Positions 37,048-44,466 of a stretch of 64,000 nucleotides of DNA are shown here, piece by piece. Each line of letters starts with the position of its first letter. Positions within the stretch are counted from its first letter, which is position 1. The notes under the pieces are model-generated. The model was given only the letters and a program-made list of their open reading frames with translations. It did not search any database and was not told where the DNA came from. This stretch comes from an uncultured archaeon (GTDB taxonomy: Archaea; Iainarchaeota; Iainarchaeia; Iainarchaeales; CSSED10-239), in contig CAZCAP010000003.1 in assembly GCA_964496765.1 (NCBI GenBank), positions 991 to 64,990 on the forward strand, written 5' to 3'. A program made the translations under genes and the position numbers.

Positions 37048-39210
37048 TTAAATTGAAAGCAAGTTCTTTAATATTTCTTTTTCTTGTTTGTGTATTATTT
37101 CTTTGTATCTTATTTGATCTTTATTCACAAGAACAGCATTTATTTTTAATTCAACCAGATTTTTAATTACTTCTTCTGTGTAATCATTTTTAATGTCAAA
37201 GATTCTTTGTATCTTGCTATTTTTACACATACTAATTACTGCTCTTAGTTTATCGAAGTAATCTATCTCTGGAACATCAAACACAATAAAATCAGAGCCT
37301 GCCTCAAGATACTGTTTTAATATGTGTGGTTTATTTAAATCATTTATTGATACTCCTGTTTGACATTCAGTTTCTTTTTTAACAGAATTAAATTCCTCAG
37401 TTGATTTTATATTTTCTATAATTATGTTTATATTTTTGTGTTTCTTATTAATATCAATCAATGCTTCTATTTCTAAATGTGATAGGTTTTCATCAACCAA
37501 ATTATCTTGGTGTAGATTTAATAAATAATAGATGGTTTTATCTGGTAATGCCATCATTAATGTTTTTATTTTTTTACTAAGGTTAGGAATTACCTGTTCT
37601 TTGTTAGTTAGCATTGTATATATTTCATCACTAGTAAACAATGATTTGAAATTAATTAGAAGACCATTAACATCTGCGAAATTAACTTCACTTAATTCTG
37701 TTGGTTTTCTTAATTTAAAAATTATTTTTGTAATTGTTTCTGGATATTCTGGTTCTCTTTCTTGTATTTCTCCAATTATTGTTGAAATATCTTTCTCTTC
37801 TTGTATTTCTTTATATGCTGCATTTACACTTCCTACTGGCTTTAGTCCAGTAAGAGCATAAACTGCACCAGTTGTTCCATTAATTTGGATATAATCCCCA
37901 TTCTTCAAAGTAGTGGTTGCTTTTCTAGTGTTAACAATACAGGGTAATGAATATTTTTCAGCAACAAGAGCGGCATGGCAAATAGCAGATCCAACATCAG
38001 TAATTATTCCACAGCCATCCTTAATAATATCAGTCATGAATCCATTAGTCATTTTTGTTACAATTATTGTTTTTTCATTTATGTCCTTCAGATCTGTTTT
38101 AACATCTTTGATAATTTTAACATATCCGTTTGTAACCCCTGAGAATACAGGAACTCCTTCAAGAACAAGATCTTTCTTAAAAGCATCTATTTTTTCTTGA
38201 AAATATACTTTTTTCTTTTTCTTTGCTTCTTTGATTTTACAATCTAGTGGATCTGCAGAAATAATGAAAATTTCTGCTTTTTCAAAAGCCCAATCAATAC
38301 AAAATGCACATTTAAATTGGGATTCTAGTTTTTTCGCTAATGATGTTAACTCTTTTAGGTATGCTGTTTCTAATTTTTGTTTATCCTGGTCTTTCTTTTC
38401 AATATTCTCTTTAACTGTTTTTCCAAGAACTCTTTTCAGTTGCCATTCTTGAGGTGCTTTGTTTTTTTTAATAACATCTAAATTTTTTTTTGACATTTCA
38501 TAATGATCTGGTGTTATTTCCTTAACAATTGTTGATCCACCAATTCCCCAAACAGCTTCAATAATTGTGTTCTTTTCTCCAACTTCTTTACTTGTGATCA
38601 TTATTCCAGATATTTTTGCATTTACCATTTTTTGTATAATAATGCACACTCCGATTTTCGTAAAGTCTAATTTTCTTTCATGTAGATACTCTAAAACTTC
38701 TGGAGAAAACATTGTAAAATAACATTCTTTAATGTGTTGGATTACGTTATCAAATCCCTTTATATTTAAATATCCACATTGTTTTTCTAAATAATCTAAA
38801 TCAGTTTGTGAAACCTCTTCAGAAGTAAGTGATACTCTCACAGCAACGAAATCATCTATTTTACTGTTAAGCCAACCAACTTTTGTTTCCCCAACCTTGT
38901 TATACATTTTTTCAAGATCAGATCTTAAATCATCTGTTTCTTTATTTTTAAAAAATAGTTTTCTAATTTCATTAGATTTTAATTGAATATCATTTCTGCT
39001 TTTGTAATCAATTGTTCTTATAATTTCTGTGATTCTTTCCTTAAGATTATTTTGTTGAAGATAACTATAGTATACTTTTGAACTAATTGCAAATGCTCGC
39101 GGAATTGCATATTTTTCTCTTGTTAGTTCAGCAAGGTGTGTTGCCTTATAACCTAAAGTGTATACATCATTGTCATTGATTTCTTTTAGCCATTTGATTA
39201 GTTCTTCCAT
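37048..39210 (-). CDS. PEP synthase/pyruvate phosphate dikinase family protein (PpsA-like) with a divergent C-terminal domain
   Basis: N-terminal PPDK_N-type ATP-grasp (LGYKATHLAEL..IPRAFAIS) and a central phosphohistidine swivel (TDVGSAICHAALVAEKYSLPCIV). The C-terminal roughly 250 aa align only loosely with the PEP-binding barrel. Confidence 0.65.
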   Translation of the reverse strand: MEELIKWLKEINDNDVYTLGYKATHLAELTREKYAIPRAFAISSKVYYSYLQQNNLKERITEIIRTIDYKSRNDIQLKSNEIRKLFFKNKETDDLRSDLEKMYNKVGETKVGWLNSKIDDFVAVRVSLTSEEVSQTDLDYLEKQCGYLNIKGFDNVIQHIKECYFTMFSPEVLEYLHERKLDFTKIGVCIIIQKMVNAKISGIMITSKEVGEKNTIIEAVWGIGGSTIVKEITPDHYEMSKKNLDVIKKNKAPQEWQLKRVLGKTVKENIEKKDQDKQKLETAYLKELTSLAKKLESQFKCAFCIDWAFEKAEIFIISADPLDCKIKEAKKKKKVYFQEKIDAFKKDLVLEGVPVFSGVTNGYVKIIKDVKTDLKDINEKTIIVTKMTNGFMTDIIKDGCGIITDVGSAICHAALVAEKYSLPCIVNTRKATTTLKNGDYIQINGTTGAVYALTGLKPVGSVNAAYKEIQEEKDISTIIGEIQEREPEYPETITKIIFKLRKPTELSEVNFADVNGLLINFKSLFTSDEIYTMLTNKEQVIPNLSKKIKTLMMALPDKTIYYLLNLHQDNLVDENLSHLEIEALIDINKKHKNINIIIENIKSTEEFNSVKKETECQTGVSINDLNKPHILKQYLEAGSDFIVFDVPEIDYFDKLRAVISMCKNSKIQRIFDIKNDYTEEVIKNLVELKINAVLVNKDQIRYKEIIHKQEKEILKNLLSI

Positions 39211-39422
39211 ATTTTATCAATTTATTTCACAAGTTTTTAAAGCAGAAAAATATAAATATATTGTTTTTCACTATTATAATATATAGAAACCTATTTATAC
39301 TTTATTGGTTCGGTTAATGTGTAAAAATTCCAAAAGACCAACCTAAACCTCAAAAAGAGTTAGGTTTAAAAGAGCTATCCACCGAATATATCTGGAAAAG
39401 TATACTTAATTAACGTGCTGCT

Positions 39423-40583
39423 ATGCTGAAATATAAAAAAAATGAAAATAATTTGCAAATCTATATCATTATTGGTTTATTAGCTATTATTGCGCTTTTG
39501 ATTTTTTCCATTAATTCACGAATAAATAAATATGATGAATTATCCTATGATTATTATACATTAGAACTAGATAACAATAAAAATATTCAACTAAATAGCG
39601 ATTATAATAGTTTACTAATTAATGAAATTAATAAGTTTATTGATTTGCACTCTAAGTATCTTGTTTTAGAATATGATAATTTTGTAAATATAGAAAAAAT
39701 AAAAAATTTAACAAAAGACAAAAACACACTTACTGCTGACTATAATACACTTAGTAATGAATATACTTCATTAATGACAGAAATTAATACATTTAAAACA
39801 CAAATAACCCAATCAATGGATTGGTTTAAAGCTAACTCAACAATAGATGATATTAGTGATTCTGATAGATTAAAATCACACCTACGTACCTGTGTTAGTT
39901 GTAATGAAGAAACATGTATAATCAAAACAGCGTGCATTGATTGGTTTGTAAATGAAAGAAAGTTCAATTTAAAGTACGCAGATGATAATACAATTTCGAA
40001 TAAGGAAGACAAACTTCAATCTCTAGATTCTTTTTTATTGAATGAAGCAGGAGATTGTGAAGATTATTCTTTATTATTCACTGCTGAAATAAAATATTTG
40101 GTGGATTATATAATTGTGGAAAGGCAAAGAACACCAGTGATAGAAGCAATGATTAAAACAAACACAACAGTTGATTATAAAATTGTTGGAGATTGGTATT
40201 ATAATGAAGGTATAGAAGCCTATCCTTTAGATAAAGATTATATTTATCCAACAGTTGCCTGTGGTGATTTATTTGACCCCCAAACTAATGAATATAATGG
40301 TCATTGTGTGATAATGATTACAAATAAAGATATTGATTCTGTTTCTGATTTATCTAAATTAAATAAAATTTATTTAATTGAACCTCAATTTGGGGATTTT
40401 ATTGGTTTTGCTAAGTATGATGGAGTAATAAAAACAGATGATAATTCAAGAATTGATTTACTTATTACTAAAAAAGATCTTTATATGCACGAATCAAGAT
40501 TTTATGTTAATTCAAATTATACTAATGCTAATTGGTATGGCTATGAGACCTTTTTAAATGAGATAAATAGTATCCAAAAATAA
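39423..40583 (+). CDS. Membrane-anchored extracellular protein with a possible transglutaminase-like cysteine protease core
   Basis: N-terminal TM helix (IYIIIGLLAIIALLIFSI). GDCEDYSLLF resembles the G-x-C-x-D-[FY] catalytic Cys motif, with a later NGHCVIMI His. Confidence 0.4.
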   Translation: MLKYKKNENNLQIYIIIGLLAIIALLIFSINSRINKYDELSYDYYTLELDNNKNIQLNSDYNSLLINEINKFIDLHSKYLVLEYDNFVNIEKIKNLTKDKNTLTADYNTLSNEYTSLMTEINTFKTQITQSMDWFKANSTIDDISDSDRLKSHLRTCVSCNEETCIIKTACIDWFVNERKFNLKYADDNTISNKEDKLQSLDSFLLNEAGDCEDYSLLFTAEIKYLVDYIIVERQRTPVIEAMIKTNTTVDYKIVGDWYYNEGIEAYPLDKDYIYPTVACGDLFDPQTNEYNGHCVIMITNKDIDSVSDLSKLNKIYLIEPQFGDFIGFAKYDGVIKTDDNSRIDLLITKKDLYMHESRFYVNSNYTNANWYGYETFLNEINSIQK

Positions 40584-40746
40584 CCTAATTTTGCTTGGAC
40601 ACGCACCCCCCCGAAAAGGATATATAAACTAACATTGTATATATTTATGATAGAAACCAGAAGTTAACCTAACTTCTTGGAAACTGAATTGTGAGGCGAG
40701 AAACACAAGAAATAAAACGCAAAATATAAAGAAAATATAGGAAAAA

Positions 40747-40751
40747 GGTGA
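40747..40751 (+). promoter_or_regulatory. Shine-Dalgarno GGTGA for radA
   Basis: GGTGA lies 6 nt upstream of the ATG at 40758, which supports the long N-terminally extended form of RadA. Confidence 0.6.
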
Positions 40752-40757
40752 ATATAC

Positions 40758-41840
40758 ATGAGTAGAGTAAATAAAAAACAAGACGAAGAGTATGTAGAAA
40801 CTTCTGAAGACATTAAAGAAGTAGAAGATACAGATACAAATGAAGATGATTTTTCTGAAAAAAAGAAAAAATTAAAGATAGATGATGATATTATTGATAA
40901 AATTAAACCAAAAGACATATCTGATCTTCCTGGAATCGGAGCTACTTCTGCAGAGAAACTAAGAGCAGCAGGATATGATACCTATGAAGCAATTGCTGTT
41001 GCCTCACCAATGGAACTTGTTGCTGTTGCAGGTCTAGGAGATGGAACTGCAATTAAAGCAATTAAGGCAGCTCGTGATTCTCTTGAAATGGGTTTCGAAT
41101 CTGCTGAAAAGATATTAGAAAAAAGAAAAACAATCTCAAGAGTATCAACTGGTTCTGAAAACATTGATGAACTTCTTGGTGGAGGAATTGAATCCCAATC
41201 AATCACAGAGGTTTATGGTAAGTTTGCTTCTGGTAAATCACAATGGTGTTTCCAACTATGTGTAATGGCTCAAATGCCTGTTGATAAGGGTGGGCTTGGT
41301 GGAAATGTATTGTATATAGATACAGAAAACTCATTTAGACCAGAAAGAGTACAGGACATTGCAAGATATAGAGGAATGGATCCTGAAGAGGTTGTTAAGA
41401 ATGTATTTGTTGCAAGAGCATACAATAGTAATCACCAAATGCTTCTTGCTGAAAAAGCAGCTGAGCTTATTAAAGAAAAAAATGTTAAATTATTAATTGT
41501 TGATTCTTTGATGGGGCAGTTCAGGTCAGAGTTTACTGGAAGAGGAACGTTATCCGACAGGCAACAGAAGATTAACACACACATGCGCCTTCTTCAGAAG
41601 TTATCTGAATTATATAATATTGTAATCTTTGTAACTAATCAGGTTATGTCAAGGCCAGATGTATTATTCGGAGATCCAACTGATGCAGTTGGTGGTAATG
41701 TTGTAAAGCATGCTTCAAAAACAAGAATTTATTTAAGAAAGGGAACAGGAACAAAGAGAATTGCAAAGCTTGTTGATTCCCCAGGGCTCCCTGATGGAGA
41801 AACAGTATATAACATCACAGAAGATGGTGTACTAGATTAA
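40758..41840 (+). CDS. radA: RadA recombinase with an acidic N-terminal extension of about 50 aa
   Basis: HhH domain (LPGIGATSAEKLRAAGY), Walker A GKFASGKSQ and Walker B LLIVDS. Confidence 0.95.
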   Translation: MSRVNKKQDEEYVETSEDIKEVEDTDTNEDDFSEKKKKLKIDDDIIDKIKPKDISDLPGIGATSAEKLRAAGYDTYEAIAVASPMELVAVAGLGDGTAIKAIKAARDSLEMGFESAEKILEKRKTISRVSTGSENIDELLGGGIESQSITEVYGKFASGKSQWCFQLCVMAQMPVDKGGLGGNVLYIDTENSFRPERVQDIARYRGMDPEEVVKNVFVARAYNSNHQMLLAEKAAELIKEKNVKLLIVDSLMGQFRSEFTGRGTLSDRQQKINTHMRLLQKLSELYNIVIFVTNQVMSRPDVLFGDPTDAVGGNVVKHASKTRIYLRKGTGTKRIAKLVDSPGLPDGETVYNITEDGVLD

Positions 41841-41889
41841 AGGTGAAGGATAAACTTCCTTCTTCTTTTCTTCCTTTTTATATGCCGTA

Positions 41890-41914
41890 AGAGGTTCAAA
41901 TCCCCTCTGGAGCT
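41890..41914 (+). other. tRNA-like T-arm plus acceptor 3' fragment (not a complete tRNA)
   Basis: AGAGG-TTCAAATCC-CCTCT followed by GGAGCT contains the T-loop consensus GTTCAAATC. No D arm or anticodon arm lies upstream. Confidence 0.3.
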
Positions 41915-41985
41915 GACTGCACAAAACCCCCTAATTTGTGCACTCGAAACACACATTTAAAAATATATTTATTCATATATATAAT

Positions 41986-43248
41986 ATGGATAAACAATAT
42001 TTAGAACAAATAGTTTTAGATCAAAAGGAAAGATTGTCTAAACTGAAAGATGGGTACCCAAGAAACAAACTTGCGGATTTATCTGATTTAATAAAACATA
42101 AAATAAACATAGTTGTGACGGGTCATAGAAGAAGTGGTAAATCCACATTTTTATTACAATGGATGAATAAATATTATAATTCTGATTTTTATTATTTAGA
42201 TTTTTCTGATGAAAGGTTAGTGGATTTCAAAACAACTGATTTCCAATTATTATATGAAATATTTTTAGAACACTTTGGAGAAAAAAATATTTTTTATTTT
42301 GATGAATTACAAGGAAAGAAATATGATTGGAATAAATTTGTAAATAGACTCTACTCCGAAGGGAAAAGATTTTTTATAACTGGTTCTAATGCCGATTTAT
42401 TAAGTAAAGAAATATCCACTTATTTAACTGGTAGGCATTTTGATATAACGATATACCCTTTTTCTTTTAAAGAATACTTAGGGTATAATAATTTTAATAA
42501 AAATTATAAATCAACATCTGGTAAAGTAGAAGTTATAAAATATTTTAATAATTATATAAAACAAGGTGGTTTTCCAGAAGTTATTGTTTATAAAACTACA
42601 GATATATTAGATAATATATACCAAGATGTAATAAATACAGATATTTTGAATAGGTATGATATAAAAGAGGATACTGAATTTAAAAAAATGACTTTGTTTT
42701 TAATATCTAATTTTGGGAGAGAATTTTCATATACTTCTTTAAAGAACAATTTTAATTTAGGCAGTACTCATACAGCTATAAAATATGTGTCTTATTTAAC
42801 AAATACCTATTTGTTATTTGAATTAACCAAATATGATTATTCTTTAAAAAAGCAGGATACTTATTCTAAAAAGATATACTGTATAGACACTGGTTTGGTA
42901 AATAAGATTTCTTTTAATTTTTCAGAAAATATAGGTAGATTATATGAAAATTTAGTATTTATAGAATTAAAAAGAAGAAATAAGAATATTTATTTTTGGA
43001 AAGATAAATTGGATTTAGAAGTTGATTTTTTAATTGTGGAAAAAAATAAGGTAGCTTCTCTAATACAAGTAACTTATGATATAAGTAATCTTAAAACTAA
43101 AGAAAGAGAAATAAAAGGTTTGCTTTCTGGATTAAATGAATTTAAGCTTAAAGAAGGAATAATAATAACAAAAGATTTAGAAAAGGAAGAGAAAATAGAT
43201 AATAAGATAATTAAGTATATTCCCATATGGAAGTGGTTATTGGAATAA
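41986..43248 (+). CDS. AAA+ ATPase, COG1373/DUF4143 family (complete paralog)
   Basis: Walker A GHRRSGKST, Walker B-like IFYFDELQ, a DUF4143-type middle region and C-terminal EVDFLI..LIQVT (degenerate D..ExK). The ATG at 41986, preceded by an AT-rich TATA-like tract, is preferred over the GTG at 41938. Confidence 0.8.
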   Translation: MDKQYLEQIVLDQKERLSKLKDGYPRNKLADLSDLIKHKINIVVTGHRRSGKSTFLLQWMNKYYNSDFYYLDFSDERLVDFKTTDFQLLYEIFLEHFGEKNIFYFDELQGKKYDWNKFVNRLYSEGKRFFITGSNADLLSKEISTYLTGRHFDITIYPFSFKEYLGYNNFNKNYKSTSGKVEVIKYFNNYIKQGGFPEVIVYKTTDILDNIYQDVINTDILNRYDIKEDTEFKKMTLFLISNFGREFSYTSLKNNFNLGSTHTAIKYVSYLTNTYLLFELTKYDYSLKKQDTYSKKIYCIDTGLVNKISFNFSENIGRLYENLVFIELKRRNKNIYFWKDKLDLEVDFLIVEKNKVASLIQVTYDISNLKTKEREIKGLLSGLNEFKLKEGIIITKDLEKEEKIDNKIIKYIPIWKWLLE

Positions 43249-43577
43249 TCTTCTTGAATTAGAACCACTAAGATATATTTAAATATATGTTATGCCATAA
43301 TATTTGCACTAACCTCCCTGTCATTGTCGCGAACAAGGGTAGGTGTACTAACCTATTTTTATGACGTGGATAATTTCATATTATTTATGGTTAGGGTAAC
43401 AATTAAAATCAGCTTTGTTACCCCAACAACTTTGTATTACTCAAATATGATTAATATTGCCGATATTTGTTAGTTGTGAGTAATACATAATAAATTAGAG
43501 TTTTTTATAGGGCAAAACCAGGAGCTTTTTCACTTTAGGGTAGAAGCTCCTCTGGAGCTAGTAATTTTCAAAATAAG
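43249..43577. other. Unusually long hairpin-rich noncoding spacer (candidate small RNA, terminator cluster or element relic)
   Basis: A 329-nt gap between convergent genes. It contains a 16-nt palindrome ATATATTTAAATATAT (43273-43288) and four stem-loops at 43312-43344, 43394-43423 (9 bp perfect), 43433-43487 (11 bp perfect) and 43518-43555, plus T-runs at 43356-43360 and 43501-43506. Confidence 0.35.
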
Positions 43578-44459
43578 TTAACTTTTTTTTCGTTTTAGAT
43601 CTAGTCTTTTGCTATATTTGTATTCCCCTTTGTGAATACCCATTTTTGTTTTCTTTTGATTATCTCTATATTTTATTACTCTATCTTCTCTGTATTGTTG
43701 TAAATCATTGGAAATAACTCCTGGTCCACCTATGCACCCACCCTTGCAAAAAAGAATGTCTATGAACTTGATTTTTTTGTTTTTTTCCATTTCTTTTACT
43801 GCCCATGCAATGTTTTTTGGACCATCTACAATTAACACTTCATCAGGAGATAAGATATTTCTCACATGCATTGTTTCAGCAACTGCTCCAGATAATGGGT
43901 AAATTTTTGTATAGTCATTATACACTTTATCAAAATCTATATCTTTTGTTTTAATATTTGATTTTTTAAATAATTTGTTTTTTTTAAAATAGTTTATAAT
44001 TTCAACAAGTTCTGAAAAGGTAATTGCAAAATCTATATCTTTTTTGTTGTTGATTGCTTCTTGTTTTTTTGCTAAACAAGGGCCAACAAAGATTCTTTTT
44101 TGGTTTGGAAGCTCTTTTTTTAAATATCTGCCCATTATAACCATTGGTGATGCAATCTCAATAAGTTTGTTTTTGTGATGTGGATATTTGTTCTCAATTA
44201 CTGTTATAATTGTTGGGCAGTTCGAACAAATAAATTGTTTTTTATCTTTTTTTTTAATGCTTTCCTTAATTATCTCGTGATATTTTCTATTAATAAGCTT
44301 TGCTGCAAAGGTTAGTTCTACAATCTTATCAAAACCAATCCCCTTGAGGTCAAAAAGAATGTCAGGATATTTAAAATCAACAGGAAAAGAAGGAGCAAGA
44401 AGGCAAACACACTTCTCAGTTTGTAATGTGTTAACAATATCTAATAAATCTTTATTCAT
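43578..44459 (-). CDS. [FeFe]-hydrogenase H-cluster-domain homolog, ultra-short form (no F-cluster domains)
   Basis: The full length resembles Fe_hyd_lg_C: LLAPSFPV, GFDKIVELTFAA, FICSNCPT (L1), VGPCLAKKQEA (L2), DIDFAITFSEL and FCKGGCIGGPG (L3). Confidence 0.75.
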   Translation of the reverse strand: MNKDLLDIVNTLQTEKCVCLLAPSFPVDFKYPDILFDLKGIGFDKIVELTFAAKLINRKYHEIIKESIKKKDKKQFICSNCPTIITVIENKYPHHKNKLIEIASPMVIMGRYLKKELPNQKRIFVGPCLAKKQEAINNKKDIDFAITFSELVEIINYFKKNKLFKKSNIKTKDIDFDKVYNDYTKIYPLSGAVAETMHVRNILSPDEVLIVDGPKNIAWAVKEMEKNKKIKFIDILFCKGGCIGGPGVISNDLQQYREDRVIKYRDNQKKTKMGIHKGEYKYSKRLDLKRKKS

Positions 44460-44466
44460 AGTTTAT

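Noticed and set aside
41884-41914. Possible functional tRNA or split-tRNA 3' half (T-loop GTTCAAATC plus an acceptor-like strand).
   Set aside because: The sequence upstream is AT-rich with no anticodon-stem or D-arm pairing. The matching 5' acceptor strand GCTCCAG occurs only on the opposite strand at 43549-43555, without any tRNA-like context. I treat it as a relic or hairpin, not a gene.
43249-43577. Identity of the structured spacer as SRP RNA, RNase P RNA or another known housekeeping RNA.
   Set aside because: I could not find the conserved motifs I know for these RNAs, such as the RNase P GAGGAAAGUCC-type CR-I or the SRP helix-8 GGAA/AGCA elements. The region is far more AT-rich than those RNAs usually are. 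I left it as an unclassified candidate.
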